Positions 51,322-64,000 of a DNA stretch of 64,000 bases are shown here, in pieces. A program made the position numbers and the translations under genes. Position 1 is the stretch's first letter. Each line of letters opens with the position of its first letter. Source of the stretch: Spongospora subterranea f. sp. subterranea (taxonomy: Eukaryota); the NCBI GenBank assembly GCA_049724395.1, contig JAUGWO010000030.1:1-64000 (forward strand). The letters are read 5' to 3'. The notes under the pieces were generated by a model. That model did not search any database, was not told the origin of the DNA, and saw only the letters and a list, made by a program, of their open reading frames with translations.

Positions 51322-53267
51322 AAACCATGGGTGTTAATTTCAAGCTTTCTTGTCCTTTCAACGCTGTTGCAATCGGTAACTGCCAGTATCATGTCTATTA
51401 AAGCAGTTCCTAAATAGTGTGACAGATCAAACCGTCGGATCCGTACATGACCCATTTTATCCAGCAGGTGGGAAACCTTTCCAAAGATGAGATCAATGCA
51501 TCCAGTACGCAATATCAGCCAACCTCCGCTTTTAACCATGCTAACGCTATGGATTCTACAGTTTATCCATGGCGAACATACGTCATGACGGCCTCTTTGG
51601 TGCCAGTCACTTTCTTAGCCGAATATGTTGTCGGTTATGTCCCGTGTATTGGTATCTTATCTAGTTGAAAGCAGTCCCAGCTACCAATCTGATCAAACTG
51701 GTTCTCAGTTTTGGGGCTGTTCTGTCGCCTTTTTACCCAGTTTGGTATGTTTTACGGAGGCAGTTTGATAATGTTTCAACTTTCATATTCTATTTTCGGT
51801 AAGGTTTTGCGCATATTCCATTATCATCGAGATTTTCACACAATATCAACACATAGGCTTATCGCATGCCACGAAAGTTATTTATTCGGCGTATGTACTC
51901 GCCATCATATCCATTTCGCGTCACTTTTCATTGAATATTACTCAGATTCACGTATCAAATGGTACCGGAGCATGTATTTCATCGCATTACAGGATACATC
52001 AGAGGAGCCAATCTTCTTGCTCATGTGCTTGGTCCGTCTCGTTGTTCTCTGTTGTCATTTCTGTATGTAATTTATTTTGTATAATTTACAGGGGGAGCTA
52101 CTGGACAACTTCTATATTTTTGGAATCCTAACGATGATGGCTCTACTCGGTTCACATATCAGTTCTCCATTTCTCAGGTTGGTAATATTGTTCATCTCAT
52201 TGTTTCCTTACTCACTTCCATCGCAGTCAACAGTCAGTTTGGGTGTATTGTTGTTTCTGGCGGCTATATACTTGCATTTGCGGGATAGTAAAAAGTCTAA
52301 TGCCTCAACCATCTCTGCTCCACCTGTTAAATCATTCAAAGACCTGAAAACCCTTTTTCAAGTATGTCTTCACCTCACGATATTTTTTTGCAGCTGATTG
52401 ACCGGGTGTTTCACCTTAGGCTGTTTACTCAACCGCAGATGTCCGCATTTGGTTGGTTTTGTCTACCTTTTTGGTTGCCTATTGTTAATTATTGTAATCA
52501 GGTCTCTTTGGTCGTGTGTCTCTTTTGGCATCATGGAGATCCCCTGGGACTTTCAATCTATGCTGTTCATTGATTGCATTGACATGGCCAAGGAAAGTGA
52601 TCCGCAATATCCTGATTATACCGGAATCGTTATGTCGGTCAGTTTTTCCTGATGTTGCCCGGTTCCTTTTCTTAACTTACGTTCATGTACTTCTCAGGCG
52701 GCTCGTTTGGGCTGTGCTTTGTCATCTGTCTATGCTGGTCGATCTCGTATGCTGTTGGCTAAGCGGGGCTACATTATCATTACGATTGGCGCCGCTTTGC
52801 TTTCATCTATATTATTGTGCGCATATATACGTCCACTTTATCCCCTTCTGTTTTCTGATTAGCAATTAGTGCAAGCGCCGTAAATACTTCTGTCAATGTT
52901 TGTTATTTGCTTTTCATCGCGATGATGATGGTTAACGAGTTCTGTGCGTGTGCTGCTACTGCTCAAGTTGCCGTCAGAACTCAACGTAATCGTTGGCTTT
53001 GCTAGCTGTCGCAGTCAGGGCTAATTAATTCATTGTTTATCAGAATCTCTTCGAGGAATTGCTCTTTTGACTAACACAGTATTCGGTATGATCCTGCAGT
53101 CTTCAATCCATGGAATTTCCAAGCTATGTTCCTGGAGTATTCGGATGAAGTATATTGTCTGTTCACTGGGAATGTTGGTATTAGCAAGCGTCATTGGGGT
53201 TATTTTGTTGAAAAGGTTGTTCGCACGAAAAAAACGAAATGCTGGCCCCGCTGTCGTTAGACAATAA
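51322..53267 (+). CDS. Reduced-folate/thiamine carrier family (SLC19A-like), multi-exon; 5' end uncertain
   Basis: IKPSDPYMTHFI and VYPWRTY..LVPVTFLAEYV resemble RFC-family RPSEPF.. and YPVWTYS..PVFL.TDY motifs; many TM exons. Confidence 0.65.
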
Positions 53268-53589
53268 TTCGGAAATCATGGTTATCTATAAAGTTCATGA
53301 AAACTGTTTGCTGACTGTCTTTCAACAAACACTGTACCGTCGACTGGGGGTAGTAGTCGTTCTCGTGTTCGCTTCGTGACGCTTTTGTGGGAAATGTATG
53401 CGAGCAAACATAATTAATTTTTCAGCGGTGGTAATGCATTTCGACGACGGCGTTGAGGAGTTTATTGTGCTAATCGCCCCATGGGAACATTTTAGAGGCT
53501 GAGGAAGACGCTGACAATCGCGCCGCAGGTGGTTCTTAAACTGGAAGAGCATCCAACATCTATCGCCATCGATCAGGCCATATTCCGCC

Positions 53590-54270
53590 GATGAACGACT
53601 ATTTTGTACAAAATCCAATTTATAATGGGCAAGTTTTTCGGCGCAATCATAGGATGAGTCGGCAGCTGTGCCAAAAGATTCATGATTCGGTTCTCAAAAC
53701 GAACCACTATCTCGCACGACGACGTGATTTTACTGGTGGTTTAAGTCTCCTTCGTATGAAAAAGTGATATCCGCGTTGCGGATAATGGCGTACGGTTCCT
53801 CTGCAGAGTTTTGAGCGTCTAGGACGGTTAACCAGCGCCATAGTTTCAAAATAGTTGGTGACGAAAACCTGAGGTCGCCGTCTATGGAAGATGTGCAAAA
53901 TAATTCTGAATCGGATCGTGGGAATGATGGGAGCCGTAGATTGCACCCACTGGAAATGGCAAAACTGTCCCAAAGCTTGGGCTGGAGTTAAAAGGTCGCT
54001 CAAAAAACCCACGCTCATATTAGAAGCAGCCCCCGATCAGGAGTCATGGATATGGCATGCGTTTTATTGGAAAGCCAAGATCGAATTCGACTTCCAGAAC
54101 TTCATTATGTTATAATGATGGGCATTCACTAAAAACTCTAGGCGCGAATCTATCCATGAAATTTGGAAACAAAAACGAATATTGTTATTGGACCCTGGCA
54201 ATTTACAAAACGCATGCCATATCCATAGCTCTTGATCGGCGATTGCTTCCAACATATGATCGTGGGACAA
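53590..54270 (+). mobile_element. Degenerate PIF/Harbinger transposase, with an inverted second fragment
   Basis: DYFVQNPIY..FRRNHRMSR, SALRIMAYG, GMMGAVDCTHWKWQNCPKAWAG..PTLILEA..DQESWIWHAF on +; LEAIADQELWIWHAFCKLPGSNN on -. Confidence 0.88.
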
Positions 54271-55587
54271 GTTGGTCCGGATTACAGAGTGTATTCCCAA
54301 ATTACCCAACAGCTTTGCAATACGACAGGTTTCGCATAAGCTTTACCCGGTGAAAATTATACAATACAGGGTATGATACGGTAGCTGTACGCACTTTATA
54401 GGTGAACTGTGTAAACATTAAGTTTGGAATGTGGTCGATCAGCATTATGCAAATGGATGGTCGATAATCGCTTTCAACGATTTTGTTGGACGTTTTTTTC
54501 TGACGAGTAGCGCGGTGTTCTAAAACAATGATGAGCAGAAAAATATTTCGGGAAACGGCCCTGTCACGCCTCATCTTCTTTTCTAGATATGTGAATCTGC
54601 ATACCGTGAAGTCTGTGATTCAGGTCAATTAAGTTCGACACGAGTGAAAAGAGACTTCGTCCATATTGTTAATTTTTCAAGATTGCCCTTCGAAGTATGA
54701 CATATTCAAACATGGACTTGATCCTGACTTCACTTGTGAGATAAACTTGCATCTGCTAACGATTGTGGATTCAACAGAAGCGTGTCCAAAACTACGTTTG
54801 TGATGAAAAACGAACGGGCACAATTCACAGTCCTGTTGATCATGATGAACGACTCAAGTGTGGCCACTGAAATAGATTAGTGCAGCGTTGGTTCGAGCTC
54901 AAGGCCCCGCCCTTGATTCCTGATGCGGATAAAGGATAACTCGCGAAGGTCTTCATCTTACGCATGTAAAAGTAGGTAATCGATTGGAATAGATAGATAC
55001 ACTAACTTTGATCACACAATGCGAATCGAAGTCGGCAAGTAGATCAGGACGGCGCCGCGGGGTGCCTGGTGTTGGATAATTACTTCATTTAGAATCAAAA
55101 ATCCTTAACTCAAGCCTTCATCGTAGTGTGATGTCAGATCTCCAATAAGCGAGATGTGCCTCGTGTTTATCGATTAGCGTCTGCTGAACTGACCTGAGCA
55201 ATCCTACGGTCACTGGCTTGGGATTGACGATCGTTGTAAATCGTTGACTTCATGAACCCCTTTGGTACTTCATTTGCTGCGGATGGGGTGTTGGTAAAAT
55301 GGCGCCAATTTTTGCTTGTGCTGTTTCCTGGCGCGGCCTCGCCCTGTCGACCTGAGTGTACACACGTGATCAGTGTGACCTATGTGTCAAGTGAAGTTAC
55401 CGCTGTCGGACAAGAAGAGATAATAAGGGGGACGCAGGTCAGTGGTGGATCGATAACGGTGGAGATTGCCGCTGGACAATCAGGATAGGGCAAATCCCGG
55501 ACAGAACCAGATCATCTAGCCGGTACCCGGCGAATAAACCACTTCGATAGGAGCTGGGCGTTCAGGGTCCATTGTCCCTGACATATA

Positions 55588-57031
55588 ATGCCAAACCTGG
55601 ATCCAAGGAAAAAGTCAGTACTCATTTTGACAGCATAAATTCATGTTTTTTGGCACGAATTAATACTGCCGCCCAATGTATTTTTTATTTTACAATTATG
55701 GCGCATTCGCGTTTCAAATGTTGATACAATATCGTCAGGAACTATTTTGATACTCCTGGAAGTACCTCAAATGATGATTCTCCTGAAGACGGATCCAGTC
55801 AGCCAAGAAGAAAGAAGTATTTGCATTACAAATATGTTTTTTTTTTCGCGTTTTAATTCTTTCGTAGGCGACAGCGCAGGGTGAGCGCGGCGGCCATGTC
55901 TGTTCATACAACTGGAGACGGGTTCCAATATCGCAGGCGTGAAACCATCATTCGGCCTGTACGTTTTGGTTTCCGTTTTGATCGTTATTCTTAGAGTGGT
56001 ACGATATTTTCAGGCCGACATAGGCCTTGCTCCGAACGAAGATCGGCCAAGGACACAAGACCAGGTCGGAAAAATGTTACTTGTGTAAATCTAATCGTAT
56101 TCAATTTTCGCATTGAAGAAACCTCGGAAAAAATTGTCAAGAAGTGTGAAAGATAAAGTTTTGCCAACTAAGATTAAGAGCCCAACACCAGCCGAAGTTC
56201 GTTTTTTTATGATGACTTTTGTTTCGAAGTCGTTTAATTGTATTTTAGGTTTTCGTAACTCCACCGTCGTATCCTGACACGTCACATTGGGCGCCTCTCC
56301 TAACTGACGAGGATGGACCTGCTGAATCAACTTTAATTCATTTTTTGAAGCAACTTGTCGCGTTTGAAACAAGTGAATGTGCTTCTGTTTACGGTGCCGA
56401 GGAGTTCAAATATATCCAAGATCGGATCGAGGCAGTGTGCAAAACATTTCTTTCAAAAACAAATGAGCGCATTCTCAAACAACTTGATGAAGTTGGAGCT
56501 TTGAAGAAGCCTAAGGTTCTGTCTGTCTATTTACCTTTATTGAATTATGTTCATAATTTTAATTATAGATTCTTCCAAACCCTATGAACGAAGCTTTACG
56601 GGAACGAGAAACCACATGGAATGGTGTCATTGAAGCCACCATGGCAGAACTCGACGCTTGGGATAGCTTGAAAATGCGCCCTCCAGCAGTTGAGCATATT
56701 TGTGATGATTTGGATATGGACACATATTTTACGAATCAAAATCTAAGCACTGCTTTACAATCAACGAATCATCTGGTTTGTTTGTGTTCAATATTTTCTA
56801 CTATGAACTTATATAGTTTAGGAGGCGACATGTCAAAATTTCGTTGCACTATCCGTAAAAGCGGATGCGATTTACAGGGCAGCTCAAGTTGCATCCGACG
56901 TATTTTCCCGTGCTCACCAGAACCAGTTTCGGATAGCGCAGACAATCTCAAATCAAGCGTTACACCCGTTCCAGAAAAACTCGGAACCGAAATCATTAAT
57001 TCTGAATGTAGTCAACTCCAACCCAGCTTAA
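55588..57031 (+). CDS. Putative kinetochore Mis12-complex subunit DSN1/Mis13-like, multi-exon
   Basis: Basic RRKKRQRRVS, DGFQYRR, KKPK|ILPNPMNE..W helix, and a helical C-terminal exon ending PKSLILNVV. Family call from motif recall; start uncertain. Confidence 0.45.
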
Positions 57032-57191
57032 TATTGGAAATGTCAGATATATTAACCATGCCTCTTGGCAACATTGTTACAATGTGCGTTACCGAACGAG
57101 ACTCGTTTTTAATTTATTGCACGTGTTTGACGGGACATCTACACTTATCCAATCTGAGTCATTTAATAGAGCTTGGACATGATTTTTTATC

Positions 57192-59900
57192 TTATTTCTG
57201 GGTGCTTGGCCCCTTTAGACCATTTATTTCCGGCTGCAACAGCTCTTTGATCACTAATTCGGTCATGGTCTTCAAGACCTTGTCAGCTTGAGCCTTCGAT
57301 CGATCTGAGCATTCAATATAGTATTTCAACTTCGGCTCTGTTCCAGAGTTGCGCAAGGTGATCAGCGATTTGTTTTCCATCCTGTAGGTAATCATCTAGA
57401 GAATGTTTAGCAAAGGAAACTGAAAAGATCAACAACCAACCTGGTCGTTTGGCATCATTGGCAAAACCGACTCGCCATCAGGCTCTGACGTATCGGTTCC
57501 AAGAGTAACGTCCCGAATGGAACTGATTGGAAACTCGGATGATCCAAACGGCCCAAACTGGTCGCGATCAGATGACTTCGCAATTGTATAATGAAACCGG
57601 TACCTGATTTGCAGATCGAAGCCGTTTGAAAATGAGGTCCATCGTTGCCCGTGATTGACAAAAAAAATAGCTGGCTGCCGTAGAGAAGTGTCCATACCTT
57701 TTACGCTATTATTCAACGATTTGATGCTGATGGTAAGTGATTATCGTACTTATCATAAAGATATGATAATCGCTGGCTGCAGCTGATTGAATTTCGACTA
57801 TGAAAATTGGCAAGCTGCGCAAAAAGAGCACACATTCTGATTCCGTCCTAAACTGCAGTTGAGACCGTAATGAATTGTTGATTACACGTTGAAACTACCT
57901 TGTCATAGCTCATGTTGCCAGCTAAAAACCCGATTTCGACCTCATAGCCGAATAAGAAATGCATTCCCTTTTGCTCCATGTCGATAATAGTGTTGCCTAT
58001 CCATTTGAAACCCGTTAAGGTGTCCTATAATTACCAGTTACACGCATTGACAATATAAAATCAGATGAGAATCAACCCTGAACGCAAATCCTTCAACCCG
58101 AGCCATAGCGGCTAGAAATTTGCTGGAAACACAACTGGCGCACATAAACGCTTTAGATTTGTCACAATTGGGATAATTTTCCGTAAATCGGGCCTATAGG
58201 CGGATTCACAATCACGTTAACTGACATGTGTAAGCGACCAGTTAGCACAAACGAACCCATATATAATCCGCGAAAAGAGCGGCAATTTCATTGCCTGAAA
58301 AAAATTCTCCACTGACCATTGGGCCTGGATGTATGTCAGATGGATCATGATTAAAAACAAACTACCAAACTGTAATTCAGCGACTGCCAATCTATCCGCA
58401 TCCGGATCATTGGCAAGAATTAAGGTGGATTTAGTTCTGGCAGCACAATCAAACGAGAGCTGCAACGCGCCCGCTCCCTCTTCTGGGTTTGGATATTCAA
58501 CCTGCGACTCAATCACTAAATAGCGGCAGATGGGCATATTCCGTACTGTGGGAAAGTCTGGATCAGGGTGACATTGCTCTTCGACCTTTCCAGAAGCAAT
58601 GAGATGCATTGTGCAAGTCATAATGTGTGGACAACCTGGTTGAATGGGTTTAATTGCATAGATTGGAAGGCAGCTACTGCGGCTTTGAGTCCAACACCAT
58701 GCATTGCAGTGTAAGTAATCCTACAGTTGATTTAACGATGATTTCACGGTAGTTGAACAACTCACCTTAATTGGGTTTCTCGGGAATTAAGGGTATGGTA
58801 GAAATATGGAGGTTGAGAGATTCTCTTGAAATAATCGTTCCAAAGCATGACAGTTGGATCTTGCACTACATGGAGCGAATAAGTTTTTTGGTTTGCCGCG
58901 ATTGTTTGTGGCCATATCATACATTTACTACGTTCAAGACACATATCGCTCGATGAATACCATGGAGACAAATTTTGCATTATGGACGTAGCAACTTTTG
59001 CATCGGTAGGAGGAATAATCTGAAGCAAATGAGTCACGAAAAGACCAGAACACACCATCGAAAATTAACCTGAGCACCATTACACCAGTAAAGCTTAAAA
59101 CCGTTGTCCTGCTTCGGATTATGTGAGGCTGTAATCATTATGCCAACAGCAGCATTAAGCACAGAAACCCCTGCACAAAATACGATCTGTCAAAGCTTTC
59201 GAATTTAACCATGAAGCAAACCAAAAGGGACAAATGGAGTTGGAATCATGTTCTGCATCAAAAAAACTTTCACGCCCTGTTTGATGAACAATGCTGCAGA
59301 CAATTCGGCGAATTCCTTCCGGAGAAAAAAATTTAGAAATGAGCGCCAAAACAGGTATATCCTATACCTGTGAATGATGTCGCCCATCGAATCCTATCAA
59401 GACTCCCTTCGTGTTGAAGTCCGGAAACACGGTCTAAGTACGACAAAGGATGTTAAACAGTAGCTGTGAGTGTAGAATTATGATATACCTGAGCATAACG
59501 GCAGAGCCCTTGACATGTTTGGAGGATCACCAGGGGGTTAATTGACGACGTCCCAGCTATCGATCAGCCAGTGCGTTATGATTGTATTGCAAAGCTTTCC
59601 ATAATAAAATGTACCTCCCATAACAGCTCGTAGCCCGGCCGTTCCGAACGAGATCCTGCTTCCAAAGCGCGGCACCATCAGGGGATGTGTGCCTTTTGAA
59701 AATAAAATTTGACAATGAGTTTATGAATTGTCAACAGAGATGATCGAATGGATTTGCTGCGAAAAAGAAAAATACTGAGGGTGGCCTTTACCGTTTTCGC
59801 TCTCAAGTATGGACTGAGCCTCTCGCTTAGACCATTGGTCTGGAGCCCATTCTATATACTGCCTGCACTCCCGCCGAGCCGCTTCGACAACCGGATCCAT
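57192..59900 (-). CDS. PGM2: Phosphoglucomutase-2 / phosphopentomutase
   Basis: [76 protein letters not shown]. Confidence 0.93.
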
Positions 59901-60373
59901 CTCGTCGTTATCGCCACTTTACAGTAATGACAAGAGTGAAATGTGCGTTCACTCGCAATATCCAATGACGTCATCTGGGGATGGACCGCCATTACCTATA
60001 TCAGCGATAACTATTGGCCATCGGATTGGAGGTTGGTGGGCAGGAACGGATCACGACTCACAATCATCTGAAATTATCGGTCGCATTTATTGTCATCGTT
60101 GGCTCGTTGCGTTTGCTTTTGGAGCTATTCTACTGCCGGGAAAGCGGATTAGGATTCACATCGAAATGAATCGCATTCGATTTCGTCGATAACTTTTTGC
60201 GTATACCGTTGGAGGTATTCTCTTCTGGTGGGGAAACGCGAGCCGACTTTAAGCTCCAAGAACTCTGGAGACATGGAGTTTCTCCAAAACACAAAATACC
60301 GAATTTGCATTTTTTGTTCTCAATATCAGTAATCACCAGTTTATTTTAGCTTTAGATTACAGTGGGCTTCTGA

Positions 60374-60702
60374 CAAGTGTTGATAAACTGTGACTTGCGC
60401 CAACGCAGGAAGGTGACGATCGAAAGCAGAATTGTCCTGAGCCCAATGATTCTGACGCATATGTCGATAATTCCGATTTTTCGCAACTGGTTTGATACGC
60501 CGGCGTCGATCATCTCCGTTTACAGTTCCTCGTGAATACCTAGTGGAGATGATCGGAGGCGGAGTATGATGAAATCATTGGCGAAAGTCGGGAGCATTGA
60601 TCAGTTGCTAGTGCATGTAGCCAATGCGGTTGGAATGTGTGACTTCAGGCTGCTTTCGATCGTCAACTTTTTTCCTCGAAGGAATGCACAACTAAACACT
60701 TG
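60374..60702. repeat. Diverged inverted repeat; arms ~60374-60517 / 60545-60702
   Basis: Exact anchors in nested order: CGATCATCTCC/GGAGATGATCG, TGACGATCGAAAGCAG/CTGCTTTCGATCGTCA, CAAGTGTT/AACACTTG. Confidence 0.8.
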
Positions 60703-60789
60703 GCGGCCAGAACCAAACCTGAGGACGGACATGAAATCCAACGAGCGCCGCTCACACCTGCCATGACGTCTCCTTGCGCCGTTCTAGTT

Positions 60790-61333
60790 ACAACAATGTA
60801 AACAGTCCATGGAGATGCTGTAAATGGGCTGAATGCAATGAACAGTAATAACAAACTCAGAAAATGGTTGAAGATGGTGTCTCATCATTGTTTTAGTTAG
60901 AACACATCAAACTCCCCGGCGAAATTGCAAATGCACTCAAAGAAGTTGAAAGAAAAAACAATAACAAACTCAATCAGTTGTTGAGTTTTGTGTCTCATGA
61001 TTGTTTCAGTTAACTTGTTAGCTATGTAACTCCTTCCGAGTCGGAAGCACTACGTCTGGGCGTAACTTTTGCAACGATGTAAACAGTTCAAGAAGACGTT
61101 GGATGGACTGATCGGCAGGTAGGGTAATTAGGGTAGGGTAGAGCATTGTTTTGGTTAACACAACGTAGTATGTCCAGAGAGATGCTACTGTAGATGGGAT
61201 AAAAGCAATATCAAACTTAGTGGTTGACGATTGTTTTTTTCATCATTGCTGAGTTTGTTATTTCTTTCATTGCCTTTATCCCATCTCTCTCTGGACACCT
61301 TGTACCTGAAACAATGCTCTACATACCCTACCC
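60790..61333. repeat. Degenerate direct repeats plus inverted repeat 61131-61220 / 61249-61333
   Basis: Direct copies AATAACAAACTCA..GTGTCTCAT.ATTGTTT.AGTTA (~60848, ~60960). Inverted anchors GGGTAGGGTA, GTAGAGCATTGTTT, TGTCCAGAGAG, AGATGGGATAAA. Confidence 0.8.
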
Positions 61334-61515
61334 GAATTGGGGTCACACACACAGAAATTGTGTTTGGCGAAAAACTGCCGGAGTGTCAGTGTAATCGCTT
61401 GTTCAGTCAAGTGTATGTATCCCAGTCGACAACAGTGGCGCATCACATTGACCAGCACGAGAGCAGCCTTGAAGGACCGGGATAATTTGCCATCTGACAT
61501 TCACAATACCGCACG

Positions 61516-62080
61516 ATGGTAATATCTGTATAGCAATTGTAGGACAAAACAACCCTGATATATTCTGCTTGTTAGAGTAAGACTAATTCCCAGACTGCTG
61601 CGTCCAGACCGCTGAAGGAGCCGGCAATCCCCGAAGAAGATGACAATCTCACCGTCTTCGTACGTTCACGTTTTCGCGAACCCATCGATTAATTAACATT
61701 GCGCAACTTTGATAGGTTCAAGATCTTTTGGAGCAGATGGTAAGCCATACAGAACAAAATGTGGCCAATCGGCTCTCACATCCTCTACTATAGCAATCGA
61801 GGTTCCAGCAGATGACCGATACTATTGTCTCAAGAAGTCAGAAATACTTGTTTTTTGCTGATCATGTTTTCGGGCCAGTTTTCACGATTTTATTTCGCTT
61901 TTTTTATTGATGCTGAATACTGTGCCCTAATGTTGCCATGTGCTGATAGTTGACGACATGGGTGGCAGAATTGACGATCTCGAACGATCAATTGGAGACC
62001 TTATGTCCCAAGCAGGTATTACTGACGACCGTGAAGCACCGTTCGAGGCTGAAAACACTCGGGCCACCAAAAAGATCTAA
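61516..62080 (+). CDS. HSBP1: Heat shock factor-binding protein 1 (5 exons, the first being ATG only)
   Basis: NLTVF|VQDLLEQM|QSRFQQMTDTIVSR|IDDMGGRIDDLERSIGDLMSQAG. Confidence 0.9.
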
Positions 62081-62591
62081 ATACATCATGAACTCCTCAT
62101 TCAGATTCATCAGCCTTGAACACAAACATTGATCTGCAACGAATTCAGAAAAATTTGTTAGGTCGGGAACAGGGATGTGAACGGGCTCGACAAAGAAGAT
62201 GGGTTTCTACTCGAATCTGTCAAGCAATTGCAGTACTCTTTGGTTTTCGCAATGGTACAGTATGTATAAAATTAGAACAAAATAATTCTGGATCAGCTCC
62301 TGGTTTGGCTGCATTATCTATGAGGGAGTGTTGTTTCTTCTCACGTGTTTCTCAACTTCTCTCGTTCCGGAGTTGCTCCATCGTCGTCACTGTTGCACGT
62401 GATGGGCTGTGGCCGCGCTGAAAGGGAAAGGGTCACAGTCAGGAGTGGGCCGTAGCGTATAGTGACCCACTGGCCACACACAGTCAGTCAGTCAGTCCGG
62501 GCGCCCGGCCCGTCCGCCTGCTGTTACCGCCAGAGATGAGGTTTGATGGCGGAGCCCATTACTTTCCCAGTCTGTTCTCTGTAGATAGAGG

Positions 62592-63847
62592 ATGGCCCGT
62601 AAGACCTATTCCCATACACAAGATATATTGCATCTCCTCGGATGCTCGTCGGCCATCTACCTCTGCTTTCTGTCGTTCGCCATCGTTCAGGAAAGACTGT
62701 ATAGAACCTCGCATGGCCCAGACAATGAGCGATATACCTTCACTGTCTTTCTCGTATTCTGCCAATGCTTCTGTAATGCATTAGTTGCCGGTATTCTAAA
62801 AGTGGTGTTTGCTCGGACAAATAGCTCTAATCTTTCATCTTCTGTTCCGATCAAGTTAGTGTTCGAATTTGGGTTGCATTCATTTAGCGACAAATCTGAT
62901 CTGTTTTTTCATTAGAGATTATCTGATGATTTCATCAGCTTACATCGGCGCCATGCTTTCCAGTAATATGGCGCTCAGGTTTGTAAACTATCCAACTCAG
63001 GTCCTGGGCAAATCCTGTAAAATGATCCCCGTCATGTTGATGGTAATATCTTGGGTTGATAACGACCCCTGGCGCTCTCTCACTGTATTGTCATTCAGGG
63101 CGTGTTTATCAACAAGAAACGGTACCGTAAACGGGAATATATCCAAGTACTTCTCATATCTCTCGGCATTTCAATTTTTATGGGATTTCAAGGGTCCAGT
63201 GATAAGCGTGATGCAGTTCAACGTATAGAAGGTGTCGCATTATTGTTGATTTCTCTGTTTTTGGACGGGTTTACTGGACCACTTCAAGTAAGGAATCGAA
63301 GCGAGATATTGATGTTGATTTCAGAACGATCTCTTTTCTAGGAGCGAGTTATCTCGAATCACCGACCATCGGTGCATGGCATGATGTTTGGAACAAATGT
63401 CTACGCTATTCCTATCTGCCTGGGAATAATGATTTTTCAAGGTACGGCTCTCAACAATTACGCAGGCTTTTTTTAACTCGCTTTAGGAACGTTTGGGGAG
63501 GCGTTGAGTTTCGTTCAGAAATACCCCATGGTCCTGCGGGATATCGGCGAGTTTTGTATATTTAGTGCTTTGGGTCAAAACGTCATCTTTCTCACTATGT
63601 TTCGTTTTGATTCTTTAATTTTAACGGTAAACCGCAATGTGGACGTTCGAGTTTCCTCTTCAGTTGAATAATTTGTGCTCAGACTATTACCACCACTCGT
63701 AAATTCTTCACCATAATGTTTTCTGTTCTCTGGTTCGGGAACGCCATCAACGCAATGCAATGGGTCGGCGTTACTGGTGTCTTCGCGGGCCTCGGACTAA
63801 ACATCTACTCCAAATATCAAGCTAAGAAAGGCAGGAAGGAAGCTTAA
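62592..63847 (+). CDS. SLC35B1: UAA-family nucleotide-sugar transporter (SLC35B1-like)
   Basis: [63 protein letters not shown], basic C-tail. Confidence 0.9.
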
Positions 63848-64000
63848 AACGTCATTCGGATCTATACCTCCCAACAAAATCTATAAATCCAACCATCCAT
63901 TATATATCGTTGTCAACCAGTGGAAGTTACTTTATGTAAAATGTTCAAGAACCCACTTTGTCGGGCTCCTGTGTTCTGAAACAGAGAATGATAAACAAGG

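Noticed and set aside
54500..55584. Possible minus-strand multi-exon gene
   Set aside because: Could not assemble a consistent frame, and its putative ATG abuts the divergent gene start.

Overview
Gene-dense, intron-rich eukaryotic DNA with mostly 45-70 nt GT-AG introns and ~45% GC with GC-richer islands. The gene style suggests a phytomyxid/plasmodiophorid protist such as Spongospora or Polymyxa; this is inference only. The first ~11 kb is mostly transposon debris: a Ty3/gypsy relic, a MULE-like DDE transposase followed by a USP-like peptidase remnant, and a zinc-finger fragment, plus an intact spliced gene with three Cys/His-rich ~115-aa repeats. The rest is housekeeping: RBMX2, MLYCD, PEX4, TBCC, Rab5, a C2/WW protein, an ankyrin protein, IK/RED, centrin, RUS1, G-alpha, RPS6, RPA2, U2AF65, an SLC19-like carrier, DSN1-like, PGM2, HSBP1 and SLC35B1. 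Two signals stand out. (1) An intact, intronless ~960-1030 aa P3A H+-ATPase-like ORF has lost both catalytic carboxylates (DKTGT->NKSGT, TGES->TGQI) and shows hinge changes (TGD->TSD, GDGVND->GDGVHD), yet keeps the membrane proton-site residues; it lies 9 kb from an H+-ATPase with canonical motifs and is a candidate pseudo-pump. (2) At least five short-spacer inverted (fold-back) duplications lie in intergenic DNA, two of them in recognisable transposase relics, and are candidate hairpin-RNA silencing loci. All exon boundaries and family calls were made by eye; no searches were run.
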